Below are positions 35,136 through 44,333 of a DNA stretch of 64,000 nt, one piece after another. The notes under the pieces are model-generated. The model was not told the origin of the DNA. It saw only the letters and a program-made list of their open reading frames with translations, and ran no database searches. This stretch comes from a virus (taxonomy: Duplodnaviria > Heunggongvirae > Uroviricota > Caudoviricetes), in the IMG/VR virus record IMGVR_UViG_3300042006_000037, one strand, 5' to 3'. Every line of letters begins with the position of its first letter. The first letter of the stretch is position 1. Made by a program: the position numbers and the translations under genes.

Positions 35136-37064
35136 TTGACTGAAAGTTTGATCGATAAGGTAATTAAACACTACCACCCTAAATACGATGGTAGTGATAA
35201 AATCTGCTGCCCGTTCCATAAAGAAAGAAGTCCGTCATTCAACGTATACCATCACCAACATACTTATTACTGTTATGGTTGTGGTGCTGGTAGCACTCCT
35301 ATTGACTTTGTTGCTGACAGTGAGGGGTTGGATGCAAAAGAAGAGTTCATTAAAGTCCGTGACTTGACAATGAGCATTCTGGGGATGACATACGAGAAAT
35401 ATCAAGAGGAGAGAAAGAAAGTGAGTGATGTGCAAGTGATGACAAACGATTGTCTTCCGGCGATGACAGATGAGGAAGTGCGTGCGTTCATTGCAAGTGC
35501 TCATCGTGAAATCAATGGTCGTAAAGTAAGCGGTTACAGCGGTATGGGTTATCGTGGGATTAAAGATGAATATCTTAAGTTCTTCGGTCATCTAACTAAG
35601 AAAGATGATGATGGTAAAGTAATTAGTCGTCACTATCCTGAGACAAACACTAAAGGTAAGTTGTCTGGTTATAAGTGCCGCAACCATCCTAAAGACTTTC
35701 GTTATGGCAATATTGGTAGTACAGGCGGTAAGAACCAACTTAGTGGTCAAGTTAAATACTCTGGTCACAACAAGTACATCTTGATTGTAGGTGGTGAAGA
35801 GGATAAAGTTGCAGCCTATCAGATGTTCGAAGAGAACCGTGCGGGTAAAGGTAACATTGCCCCTGTTCATGTGGTTAGCCCAACATGTGGTGAGAACAGT
35901 GCAGTTAAACAGATTGCCTCTCAGTATTCCTTCTTCGATATGTATGAACAAATCATTATTGGTATGGATAATGACGAAGCTGGACATAAAGCAGCGAAAG
36001 CAATTGCTGAAGTTCTCCCGAAAGAGAAAGTTAAGGTAGTAGTTTGGACTGGTAAAGATCCAAACAAGATGCTGGAAGATGGTTTAGCTGGTGTGTTTGT
36101 TCGTGACTTCTATAACGCTAAACCGTTGATTGCTTCTGGTATTGTTGAGTCAACTGGTTTGATGGATCAAGTTCGTGAAGAGTTGATGCGTCCACGAATC
36201 AAGCTACCACCTGAGTGGTCTGAGGTTGAACGGGCGATGAAAGGTGGTATCCGTCAAGGTTCCATCGTCAACATTATCGGTGACACTTCAGTTGGTAAGT
36301 CTACTGTAATTAATGGACTTAATTACTTCTGGATGTTTAACGCACCAGAGAAAGTTGGTGTTGTTAGTCTTGAGGCAACTTCTGGTCAGTATACGTTGGA
36401 CATGTTGAGCTTGCATCTTGAGAAAAACCTTTTGTGGATTGGTGAAGGTGAAGACATTCTTGCCTATCTTGATCGACCAGATGTAGTTAGTTTATATGAC
36501 AACTTGTTGACTTCTGAATCTGGTGAACCACGATTCTCTATCTTGGATGAACGAGATGGTGACATCAAGATGTTGGAACGCCAGATTGACAAACTGATTC
36601 ACCAGTATGGTTGCAAGATTATTGTGATCGACGTACTGACTGACATTCTTCGCGGTATGAGTTCTGACATGCAAGAAGAACACATGAAATACCAGAAGCA
36701 AATTGTTAAGACAGGTGTTACAATCATCAACGTGCTACACACACGTAAACCCGCTGGTGGTGATGGTACATGGCGGAAAGCGAGCGAATATGACGCTTTC
36801 GGTAGTAGTTCATTTGTACAGTCTGCCGCGTATAACATCGTCATTAGTCGTAACAAGATGGCACAAGATGTTATCGAACGAAACCTGACACACGTTGACA
36901 TGCCTAAGTGTCGCGGTGGTGAAACCGGCGAGATTATGCAATTGTTGTATGACACTGAAACACGCTTGATGGTAAACTATGATGAATGGCTTGCACGGCA
37001 GGCTAGTATGTCTAACCATAGTGATAACGGTCACGCCCAACAAGATGGTGATCCGGGTTTCTGA
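35136..37064 (+). CDS. bifunctional DNA primase-helicase (T7 gp4-like: CHC2 zinc finger + TOPRIM + DnaB-family helicase), 642 aa (TTG start)
   Basis: GAGGAGAG 5 nt before the TTG. Zn motif CCPFH..CYGCG, then a TOPRIM region (predicted), then Walker A GDTSVGKST and RecA-like helicase motifs. Confidence 0.8.
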   Translation: MTESLIDKVIKHYHPKYDGSDKICCPFHKERSPSFNVYHHQHTYYCYGCGAGSTPIDFVADSEGLDAKEEFIKVRDLTMSILGMTYEKYQEERKKVSDVQVMTNDCLPAMTDEEVRAFIASAHREINGRKVSGYSGMGYRGIKDEYLKFFGHLTKKDDDGKVISRHYPETNTKGKLSGYKCRNHPKDFRYGNIGSTGGKNQLSGQVKYSGHNKYILIVGGEEDKVAAYQMFEENRAGKGNIAPVHVVSPTCGENSAVKQIASQYSFFDMYEQIIIGMDNDEAGHKAAKAIAEVLPKEKVKVVVWTGKDPNKMLEDGLAGVFVRDFYNAKPLIASGIVESTGLMDQVREELMRPRIKLPPEWSEVERAMKGGIRQGSIVNIIGDTSVGKSTVINGLNYFWMFNAPEKVGVVSLEATSGQYTLDMLSLHLEKNLLWIGEGEDILAYLDRPDVVSLYDNLLTSESGEPRFSILDERDGDIKMLERQIDKLIHQYGCKIIVIDVLTDILRGMSSDMQEEHMKYQKQIVKTGVTIINVLHTRKPAGGDGTWRKASEYDAFGSSSFVQSAAYNIVISRNKMAQDVIERNLTHVDMPKCRGGETGEIMQLLYDTETRLMVNYDEWLARQASMSNHSDNGHAQQDGDPGF

Positions 37065-37073
37065 TTGTTTTGA

Positions 37074-37102
37074 ATAAGGGACTTCGGTCCCTTTTGTTTT
37101 AT
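37074..37102 (+). terminator. rho-independent terminator after the primase-helicase gene
   Basis: AAGGGAC-ttcg-GTCCCTT followed by TTGTTTT. Confidence 0.6.
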
Positions 37103-37114
37103 TAGGAGAAGACA

Positions 37115-37669
37115 TTGAGGATATGTAAACATTGTAATCTGGAGAAGTGCGATGGTGATTACTACAAAAGATCTAACGGAAAACCAAATTACTCAAAATG
37201 TAAGGAGTGCACCAAAGAGTACAATCGTAACTATTCATCTTCTACGGACCAACGTGAAAAGAGAAGGATTCGACAATCTAACTTCGGTTCCGAGAAACGC
37301 AAGGAGCTTCTTCAATACAGCCGTGACTACTACGCGACGAAGTATGGTAGAGCCAAATCAATGATGAAGACAGTGAATCGTCGGTCTGATAAGTTTGAAC
37401 AAGATACAAACTTGACATTTGAAGACATTCACGAGATGCTTGTAAGTCAATCACATTGCAGTGTTACAGGTATTGAGTTCGATTATAGCAGACCGACCAA
37501 GACAAAGAAAAATCCATATGCTCCATCACTAGATAGAATTGATCCAAATACAGGTTACATTCACGGTAATGTTCGACTTGTTATCTGGCAATACAATTTG
37601 ATGAAAGGTGAGATTAGTGATAAAGAACTTTTAAAGATTTGTAAGGGGATCGTAGATGGAAGTGCTTAA
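37115..37669 (+). CDS. putative HNH/His-Me-finger homing endonuclease with N-terminal Cys cluster, 184 aa
   Basis: CKHC..C..CKEC zinc cluster. C-terminal SLDRIDPNTGYIHGNVRLVIWQYN resembles the HNH core. Free-standing between two replication genes. Confidence 0.5.
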   Translation: MRICKHCNLEKCDGDYYKRSNGKPNYSKCKECTKEYNRNYSSSTDQREKRRIRQSNFGSEKRKELLQYSRDYYATKYGRAKSMMKTVNRRSDKFEQDTNLTFEDIHEMLVSQSHCSVTGIEFDYSRPTKTKKNPYAPSLDRIDPNTGYIHGNVRLVIWQYNLMKGEISDKELLKICKGIVDGSA

Positions 37670-39887
37670 GTTCGAAAAAGTGTTTGATGATTGGATTTAC
37701 GATTGCGAGACTTACCCTAATTGCTTCACCTTCGCTACAATCTTTGCAAATGGTAAAGGTAAGCGAGTATTCGAGATTTCAGACCGTAAAAACGAAGTAG
37801 AAGAGATGTTGGACTTCCTTCGTAAAGTAAAGACTGCTGGTCATCGTCTGGTTGGTTTTAACAACGTTGGATTTGACTATCCAGTATTGCATTACATTCT
37901 GGAGAAGAGTAAGGAAGCCAACAAGAAGGGTGAGAAGATCAAAATCACTTGTGCTGAAATCTATAGCAAAGTGTGCAAGATGTTTGAACAAGCGAAGTTC
38001 AACAAGTTTGGAACTGCTGTTCGTTCGTCTGATGTTCTGATTCCACAAGTTGACTTGTTCAAGATTCACCACTTCGATAACAAGGCTCGTATGACAAGCC
38101 TGAAGGTGCTTGAGTTCAACATGCGCAGTAAGAATATTGAAGACTTACCGTTCCCGGTAGGTATGCGTCTGAATGATGCTCAGAAAGATGTGTTGATTAC
38201 ATATAACCATCACGACGTACTAGAAACTCTGAAGTTCTACCATCATTCGATGGATGCAATCAAGATGCGTAGTGAACTGACAAAGCAGTTTGGTTTTGAT
38301 TGCACCAACTACAATGACACCAAGATCGGCAAAGAGTTGTTTGTGAATCGGTTGGAAGCTGCTAAACCCGGTATTTGTTTCAAGATGGAGAAGAAAGGTC
38401 CACGAATGGTTCGCAAGATGCAGCAGACCAAACGTGAGTTCATCAACTTGGGTGAGTGCATTCTTCCGTACATCAAGTTTGAACGTCCTGAGTTTGAAGC
38501 CATTCGTAAGTGGTTTTCAGAACAGACGATCACCGAAACCAATGGTGTGTTCTCCGACTTGGAAGAACATCAGTTGGGTGATGTAGCAAAGTATGCGAAC
38601 ATGAAAGTCAAGATGAAGAAGTTCAACTGTCCAGAGCAAGGCGCAAAGAACAAGCGTTATGTTCCGACTGAAGCTCATGTGTTGGAAATGATGGCTGAGC
38701 ATCCATTGGGTTGGGTTGAAGCTGTTGAACTCAAGAGTCCAAAGGGTGCTGCAAGTTACTGGTTCTGCTGGAGAATCACAGCTGGTGTAGCTGGTATTGA
38801 CGACAAGAAAACCAACAGTAGTCCACTCAATGTGGTTATTGATGGTTTCCAGTATGACTTTGGAACTGGTGGGATTCATGGGTGCAAGAAAGGTGTAACT
38901 GAGTCGGGTAATGGTAAACGTATTTACACACTGGACGTTGCCTCGTATTATCCAAACCTGAGTATTAAGAATAAAATCTTCCCTGAACACCTTGATGTAT
39001 TGTTCTGTAATGTGTATGGTGACCTTTATGTTGAACGTCGTTCGTATGACAAGAAGAGTGCAACCAACAAGGCATTGAAGCTGGCGTTGAATGGTACATA
39101 TGGTGCTTCAGGTGACGAATTCAGTCCAATGTACGATCCTAAGTTCATGATGAGTATCACGATCAATGGTCAACTGTCGTTGTGCATGTTGATGGAAAAA
39201 CTGTTGAAAGAAGTTGATGCAGAGATTATCATGTGCAACACGGATGGTTTTGAGTTTGTAGCCTCGGATGATCCAAAGACAAAGAAACGTATTGACAAAC
39301 TGGTTACCGAATGGGAAACTCTGACGGGATTGACCATGGAAGGTGCTCTGTACGACAAGATGATGTCTGCTAACGTAAACAACTATATCGCTGTGTTTAA
39401 AGGTGGTGAAGTGAAGCGTAAAGGTGCATACGAGTTCAAAGACTTGGATTGGCATAAAAACCAATCGGCTTTGGTTGTCAAGATGGCTGCTGTGCACGAG
39501 CTGCTTGGCCTTGGAGACGCTGAAGACTTGATCCGTAAGCATGATGACCCTTTCGACTTTATGTTGCGTACAAAGGTTCCTAGAAGCTCTAAGTTGGTGT
39601 TGTTCAATGAAGAGACAGGTGAAGAGAAGCAGTTGCAAAACATCTGCCGGTATTATCCATCTGTTCATGGTGGTAAGTTGATTAAACTCATGCCAGCATT
39701 GGAAGGTAAAGAGCTTGAGGGTGATCGTCGTATGTCCATTGATGCTAAATGGAACGTCACACCTTGCAATGACATGGCTGACTTCAGTTGGGGTATCAAC
39801 TACGATTACTATGTGCAGGAAGCCAAGAAGCTTGTGGCTGCGATCCATGGTGATGTAGAGCTTGATGACGAAGGTGAAGAAGACTGA
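37656..39887 (+). CDS. family B DNA polymerase with N-terminal DnaQ-like 3'-5' exonuclease, 743 aa
   Basis: Exo I YDCET. Pol motif A LDVASYYPNL (DxxSLYPS-like) and motif C CNTDGFEF (YGDTDS-like). Confidence 0.75.
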   Translation: MEVLKFEKVFDDWIYDCETYPNCFTFATIFANGKGKRVFEISDRKNEVEEMLDFLRKVKTAGHRLVGFNNVGFDYPVLHYILEKSKEANKKGEKIKITCAEIYSKVCKMFEQAKFNKFGTAVRSSDVLIPQVDLFKIHHFDNKARMTSLKVLEFNMRSKNIEDLPFPVGMRLNDAQKDVLITYNHHDVLETLKFYHHSMDAIKMRSELTKQFGFDCTNYNDTKIGKELFVNRLEAAKPGICFKMEKKGPRMVRKMQQTKREFINLGECILPYIKFERPEFEAIRKWFSEQTITETNGVFSDLEEHQLGDVAKYANMKVKMKKFNCPEQGAKNKRYVPTEAHVLEMMAEHPLGWVEAVELKSPKGAASYWFCWRITAGVAGIDDKKTNSSPLNVVIDGFQYDFGTGGIHGCKKGVTESGNGKRIYTLDVASYYPNLSIKNKIFPEHLDVLFCNVYGDLYVERRSYDKKSATNKALKLALNGTYGASGDEFSPMYDPKFMMSITINGQLSLCMLMEKLLKEVDAEIIMCNTDGFEFVASDDPKTKKRIDKLVTEWETLTGLTMEGALYDKMMSANVNNYIAVFKGGEVKRKGAYEFKDLDWHKNQSALVVKMAAVHELLGLGDAEDLIRKHDDPFDFMLRTKVPRSSKLVLFNEETGEEKQLQNICRYYPSVHGGKLIKLMPALEGKELEGDRRMSIDAKWNVTPCNDMADFSWGINYDYYVQEAKKLVAAIHGDVELDDEGEED

Positions 39888-39896
39888 AAATAATTG

Positions 39897-39924
39897 TTGA
39901 CAGACGCTCAGACTCAGGTAGAAT
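39897..39924 (+). promoter_or_regulatory. sigma70 promoter (TTGACA-16-TAGAAT)
   Basis: ttgacagacgctcagactcaggtagaat, directly after the polymerase stop. Confidence 0.6.
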
Positions 39925-39956
39925 GAGCGTCATCATCAAACAATTGGAGAGTTGAA

Positions 39957-40079
39957 ATGAAGACTAAATTGGAATTAACGCGAGAAAATAAAGCACTTTT
40001 GATTCTACTTGAAAGGGAGCGAGAGTTGAATAAATTGCTACAAGAAGAAATCGATCAACTAAAGAGTAATGCGAAATGA
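39957..40079 (+). CDS. small coiled-coil protein, 40 aa (not in ORF track)
   Basis: GGAGAG SD. Translates MKTKLELTRENKALLILLERERELNKLLQEEIDQLKSNAK. ATGA overlap with the next gene. Confidence 0.4.
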   Translation: MKTKLELTRENKALLILLERERELNKLLQEEIDQLKSNAK

Positions 40080-40333
40080 GTCAGTTAAATAAGTTGGTAG
40101 GTAAAAAGCTTCAAGTGTGTTCTTCGGTGGAGATTGGTGATATACTCGGTGCAATGAATAATGAACAAGACACCCTTGATTTGGTGAAAGCCCTTGACTT
40201 GAATATGCAAGACGGTGATTTCACTATGACCCTGATCAAAGAGTTGTTCACATCCCTTCGTGGTGATTTTGAACAAGACGAAGGTAAAGACTTGATCAAA
40301 CAATTGAAGAAAATCAACAAGAGTATTCCGTGA
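40076..40333 (+). CDS. hypothetical acidic protein, 85 aa
   Basis: ORF-track ORF. Confidence 0.45.
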   Translation: MSQLNKLVGKKLQVCSSVEIGDILGAMNNEQDTLDLVKALDLNMQDGDFTMTLIKELFTSLRGDFEQDEGKDLIKQLKKINKSIP

Positions 40334-40662
40334 TGAACGTAACAATCAATGGTAACAACATTACTTTCACTGGACTGTCTGAGCTTGACGTAATTGTTCA
40401 GGTTCAACGACGCAATCTTTCACAACGTCAGTTTGCTGGAATGGGACAACCGGATGGTACTGTTCATTTGACATTCCCAATGAATGCTTTGGAACGTGGT
40501 GAGTTTGCTGGTCAGATTCATCGTTACAATGCAGAACAACGTAAGAAGAATCCACACCTTGAACCGAAGGGTGATGGACCTGACGGAACTCCACCACAAG
40601 GTGGTACACCGGGCAGCACACGACAAAAAGAATTTGTAAACACAATGGCAATTGCTGCATAA
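40330..40662 (+). CDS. hypothetical protein, 110 aa
   Basis: ORF-track ORF with ATGA overlap. Confidence 0.45.
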   Translation: MMNVTINGNNITFTGLSELDVIVQVQRRNLSQRQFAGMGQPDGTVHLTFPMNALERGEFAGQIHRYNAEQRKKNPHLEPKGDGPDGTPPQGGTPGSTRQKEFVNTMAIAA

Positions 40663-40667
40663 ATAGT

Positions 40668-40696
40668 TTGACAACCGTACACCACAAGCGTATAAT
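40668..40696 (+). promoter_or_regulatory. sigma70 consensus promoter (TTGACA-17-TATAAT)
   Basis: ttgacaaccgtacaccacaagcgtataat. Confidence 0.65.
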
Positions 40697-40724
40697 ACGC
40701 ACACTTGAACAAATGGAGAATAAA

Positions 40725-41006
40725 ATGACTACTCGTAACGAACCAACTGTAGGTAACTTCGTGGTAAACGCTTCCAACTTCGTATTTGGTAAGAAAGTTA
40801 CTTCCCATGAAGCACTGGTTGAAGATGCGTTGTCTGCATTTACCAAAGCTGAAGCCCAAATGGGTGATGCTATCAATCAGATCCAATTGCAGATCGATGA
40901 AGAAGAGAAAGCAATTGAAGAAGCTCAGAAGCGTGTTCTGGCTGCTACCGGTTCCATTGGTAAGCTGGATCGTGTTCTGAAGCGTGTTCAAGCCTTCACC
41001 GCATAA
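40725..41006 (+). CDS. abundant small coiled-coil protein, 93 aa
   Basis: GGAGA SD 6 nt before the ATG at M20 of the listed ORF. Strongly biased codons (cgt/ggt/gct). Confidence 0.5.
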   Translation: MTTRNEPTVGNFVVNASNFVFGKKVTSHEALVEDALSAFTKAEAQMGDAINQIQLQIDEEEKAIEEAQKRVLAATGSIGKLDRVLKRVQAFTA

Positions 41007-41016
41007 GGAGTAACCA

Positions 41017-41223
41017 ATGCTGCAATCTGAATTTGAAGCGTTGAAGGATGGTGATAAAGTTGTCTTCACTGGGGATAACGAGTGGTTTGATATCCCAAAG
41101 GGCACAATCCTAACTCGTGGAACAAGATGGTTGGATGATGATGTAACACGTGCGTTTGACTACGATTGTGATTGGGATTTCTTCAATGCTGAAGACGTTG
41201 ATTTTATTAAGGAAGCACAGTGA
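41017..41223 (+). CDS. hypothetical acidic protein, 68 aa
   Basis: ORF-track ORF. SD aaggag. Confidence 0.45.
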   Translation: MLQSEFEALKDGDKVVFTGDNEWFDIPKGTILTRGTRWLDDDVTRAFDYDCDWDFFNAEDVDFIKEAQ

Positions 41224-41492
41224 GCAAGAAGAATAAACTAGCGGCACCAACCATCAACCTGAAGGGTGAAGACTTCATTCACACAGTTCCAGAACATCTG
41301 AAACTTGAAGTGATCATTCATTGGAAAGGTCGTGCTAAAGGATATAAAGCTGAACATATCAACCCTGTCCATGCCTTCGCTGTACAGAACGGTAAGTTCA
41401 AAGTGATCAACCGTAATCTACTAGATACTTGTTACACCTTTGACCTGAAGGAAGTGTCTAAAGTTTACCTACTACCAATGGGAGATGTTTAA
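41220..41492 (+). CDS. hypothetical protein, 90 aa
   Basis: ORF-track ORF. Possible GTG start. Confidence 0.4.
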   Translation: MSKKNKLAAPTINLKGEDFIHTVPEHLKLEVIIHWKGRAKGYKAEHINPVHAFAVQNGKFKVINRNLLDTCYTFDLKEVSKVYLLPMGDV

Positions 41493-41773
41493 TGGCTGTA
41501 ACACTGGCTGAGAAGTTTGAAAAGTTTGACTCTGAGAATCCGGGTGTTTACTTTCTATTTAAGCGATTTGCTAACGATTTGATCAACCTCGGACGTAAGA
41601 AACTGAGTGCTGCATTGATTGTAGAGCGCATTCGATGGGAAGTTAATATCAGTACAGTCTCTGATGATGTATTCAAGCTGAGCAACAACCACACAGCGTT
41701 CTATGCACGTAAGTTCATGAACGATTACCAAGAGCACGGTGATATCTTCCGCACTCGTGCACAACAAGCGTAA
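41492..41773 (+). CDS. hypothetical protein, 93 aa
   Basis: ORF-track ORF with TAATG overlap. Confidence 0.45.
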   Translation: MAVTLAEKFEKFDSENPGVYFLFKRFANDLINLGRKKLSAALIVERIRWEVNISTVSDDVFKLSNNHTAFYARKFMNDYQEHGDIFRTRAQQA

Positions 41774-41782
41774 GGAGAAATG

Positions 41783-41932
41783 ATGAAAAAGAAATATGCA
41801 TATCAAGTCGGTGGCATTGCTGTTGCCACTCGTGAAGCGGCACGTGTCATCCAGCGTTCGTTTCGAACCGATGAAACTGTAGTTGTACCTCGAATTGTCC
41901 AAAAGATCACACTGGAGCGTATTGTACGATGA
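41783..41932 (+). CDS. hypothetical basic protein, 49 aa (not in ORF track)
   Basis: AAGGAG 5 nt before the ATG. Translates MKKKYAYQVGGIAVATREAARVIQRSFRTDETVVVPRIVQKITLERIVR. Confidence 0.4.
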   Translation: MKKKYAYQVGGIAVATREAARVIQRSFRTDETVVVPRIVQKITLERIVR

Positions 41933-42021
41933 GCATTCTGACTAAGTTTCGCAAACTGGCTACCGACACTGCTGAAGTTAAGAAAGCAGTTCAACGTCTT
42001 GAACGTAAACTGCGAGGTTGA
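41929..42021 (+). CDS. tiny basic protein, 30 aa (not in ORF track)
   Basis: ATGA overlap. Translates MSILTKFRKLATDTAEVKKAVQRLERKLRG. Confidence 0.3.
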   Translation: MSILTKFRKLATDTAEVKKAVQRLERKLRG

Positions 42022-42023
42022 GT

Positions 42024-42311
42024 ATGAAATACATCACATACCCGACAATCACAATCGTAAACTTACTACTGATGTTGTTCACGATTACTTCGCTTTGGGG
42101 TTGGTTTGTAGTACCTCTGGGTGCCATTCCAATCACGATGGTTCAAGCTTTCGGTATTAACTTACTGATTACCTTCTACCAAATCAGAAATCCAAAACTT
42201 TTCAAACCTGAAATGTTGATTAAGAAAACATTTGGTCAACGACAAGGTTATCATTTTGGTATTACATTGACTGCGTTGACACTTGGTTTTATCGCATCGT
42301 TGTTCATGTAA
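42024..42311 (+). CDS. membrane protein (3 TMDs), 95 aa
   Basis: ATG is 2 codons into listed ORF 42018..42311. Hydrophobic throughout. Confidence 0.45.
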   Translation: MKYITYPTITIVNLLLMLFTITSLWGWFVVPLGAIPITMVQAFGINLLITFYQIRNPKLFKPEMLIKKTFGQRQGYHFGITLTALTLGFIASLFM

Positions 42312-42338
42312 TAATGTTTAAAAGTGCTTTAAAGTAGT

Positions 42339-42367
42339 TGACAACAGTCTTCTACCTCTGTATAATA
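42339..42367 (+). promoter_or_regulatory. sigma70 consensus promoter (TTGACA-17-TATAAT, TG-extended)
   Basis: ttgacaacagtcttctacctcTGTATAAT. A 10-bp perfect inverted repeat follows immediately. Confidence 0.65.
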
Positions 42368-42369
42368 GG

Positions 42370-42416
42370 CAATTCATGTTGAGTAGTTCTAACGAACGAG
42401 AAGAGCATGAATTGCT
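42370..42416 (+). promoter_or_regulatory. 10-bp perfect inverted repeat at the transcript 5' end (GCAATTCATG...CATGAATTGC), candidate operator/leader hairpin
   Basis: Arms are separated by 27 nt. Starts ~3 nt after the -10 and lies in the leader of the SSB-like gene. Confidence 0.4.
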
Positions 42417-42479
42417 GCAAAACATATCTGCTGCCTTCATACAGCAAACTGAATAATCCGCAAAAGGAAAACATTACAC

Positions 42480-43508
42480 ATGGCTAAGAAATTCGTATTT
42501 AACGCTCAAGTTCCACAATCCAATCCAGAAACTTCCAACGTAGACTTCGATGCTCTTTCCAAGCATGTTGTTGAAGCAGTTGGTTGTGCCGATAAACCAG
42601 AAGCACTCATTGGTATTGTTTCCGGTGTTATTGACTTGGGTCTGCAAGCACAAGAAGACGCCAAGATGGAATGGAAAGGTACTGACGCTGAGAAAGCTGA
42701 AGTAGAGGCGAAAGCTGCTCGTGGTGAGTCGAAAGAATACTTCGAAGTTGTTCCACACGGTCAAAACAATGTTCCAACTCTGTGTAAGCGCTGGCCTGTA
42801 AAAGCGCAACGTTGTGTTGCCTTGAACGTTGACTTCCCTGACACGCTGGTTAATCGTGGTCAGTTCTTTGATGAGGATAAAGTTGGTGAACCACTTCCAT
42901 TCCGTGGTCTGTTGAACAACGAGTTCGGTCTGAAGGGTGTTGGTAAAGTAGTTGGAAAACCATACAGTCTGCGTGAACAACGTAATGACGATGGTACTTG
43001 GGGCTTTAAGAACAACACTATCTTGTTCAAACTGGCTCAAGCAACTAACCAACTGGATACACAGGGTAACTTCAAACCAGCAATGTTGGGTAACTTGATT
43101 GGTGAGGCTGCAATGTTCAACGTTCATGTCTATCTGAATGAACATGCCGGTAAGCATTACTTGAATGAGAAACTTGCATTCAATGGTCCTGTACCAAAAG
43201 CAATGCAGAAGATGGTTCCTGTGCTGGATGAGAAGTTCATGCACGTTGTCAACTTCAAAGGTGAACAGGATCTGGAAGTACTGAAGACTCTTCGTCAGTC
43301 GGTTATCAACACCATGAAAATGGCTGAAGACTTTGAAGGCTCTGATGTACAACGAGCACTGATCGAAATCGGTAAGGTCAAAGTTGGTGAAAGTGGTGCA
43401 ACTGGTGAAACCAAACCAGCTGTAGCCCAACAGGCAAAACCTGTACAACAAGCTGCTCCACAAGAGCCAATCGACTTTGATTCGTTTGATGACGATATTC
43501 CTTTCTGA
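42480..43508 (+). CDS. putative single-stranded DNA-binding protein with acidic DDDIPF C-terminal tail, 342 aa
   Basis: C-terminus ...DFDSFDDDIPF matches the bacterial SSB acidic tip. Very strong codon bias, own promoter, located between replication genes. Confidence 0.5.
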   Translation: MAKKFVFNAQVPQSNPETSNVDFDALSKHVVEAVGCADKPEALIGIVSGVIDLGLQAQEDAKMEWKGTDAEKAEVEAKAARGESKEYFEVVPHGQNNVPTLCKRWPVKAQRCVALNVDFPDTLVNRGQFFDEDKVGEPLPFRGLLNNEFGLKGVGKVVGKPYSLREQRNDDGTWGFKNNTILFKLAQATNQLDTQGNFKPAMLGNLIGEAAMFNVHVYLNEHAGKHYLNEKLAFNGPVPKAMQKMVPVLDEKFMHVVNFKGEQDLEVLKTLRQSVINTMKMAEDFEGSDVQRALIEIGKVKVGESGATGETKPAVAQQAKPVQQAAPQEPIDFDSFDDDIPF

Positions 43509-43571
43509 TCTAAGAAAGTGATTTGGTATATCGGGTTGTCATAAGGCAACCCACACTTTCAAGGAGAGATG

Positions 43572-43727
43572 TATGAAAGAGATTGCACTAGTTACGTTGA
43601 TTACCGAAGGGGATGAAATGGTCATTGATGCTTACACAGACTTTGACAAAGCTGAAGAAGTTGTAGTTGACCTGATCTTTAAAACAGGTAATCCAAACTA
43701 TTACGTTCAATATGTGAGGTTGCACTA
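43572..43727 (+). CDS. hypothetical protein, 51 aa (not in ORF track)
   Basis: AAGGAGAG SD. Translates MKEIALVTLITEGDEMVIDAYTDFDKAEEVVVDLIFKTGNPNYYVQYVRLH. Confidence 0.4.
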
Positions 43728-43729
43728 AA

Positions 43730-43918
43730 ATGGGTAAGTCAAAGATTTCGATGACGTTTGAAGAATTGGTTGCTTCGTATAACGCTTGGTGGACCGATTA
43801 CAAAGCTGACCCTTCTGCCTCTGTAGACTATGACGCTGCTGATTATGATGACACCAACTACGGTGTTGATTCGGCTAACACGTTTTTGAAATACCTCAAC
43901 AAAATCCAAGGAGAATAA
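43730..43918 (+). CDS. hypothetical acidic protein, 62 aa
   Basis: ORF-track ORF. Confidence 0.45.
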   Translation: MGKSKISMTFEELVASYNAWWTDYKADPSASVDYDAADYDDTNYGVDSANTFLKYLNKIQGE

Positions 43919-43919
43919 T

Positions 43920-44249
43920 ATGACACTGTTTGTAAATGCTGAAACTGGTGAACTGCTTGATCAAACCGATATCGAAGCTGGTCCAAAACCAGTATTGAGT
44001 GCTGAGCAACTTCTGGAACAACTTACCCGGTTGAACAAAGAAATCAACACTCGCAAAGAAGATATCAAGCAACTGATTAAAGATACCAAGTATCACAAGA
44101 AATCCAACCCGCAAGGTATTGATGGTCAGGAAGTTAAGCAAATTGCAAAGACTGCTGTACGTTATGCCGCTCGTGACTACGAAGAGAAGAAGATTGAAGC
44201 ACTGACATTCTTCAACGCTTATGAGCGTCTAACTAACTACAACGACTGA
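43920..44249 (+). CDS. hypothetical protein, 109 aa
   Basis: ORF-track ORF. A terminator follows. Confidence 0.45.
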   Translation: MTLFVNAETGELLDQTDIEAGPKPVLSAEQLLEQLTRLNKEINTRKEDIKQLIKDTKYHKKSNPQGIDGQEVKQIAKTAVRYAARDYEEKKIEALTFFNAYERLTNYND

Positions 44250-44289
44250 TCGGGTTATCAGTTTAGTAGTGACAATTTGAGTTGCACAA

Positions 44290-44320
44290 TAGCCCGCCAA
44301 TGTGCGGGCTTTCTTGTTTC
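44290..44320 (+). terminator. rho-independent terminator
   Basis: AGCCCGC-caatgt-GCGGGCT followed by TTCTTGTTTC. Confidence 0.65.
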
Positions 44321-44333
44321 TGGAGATTGATAA

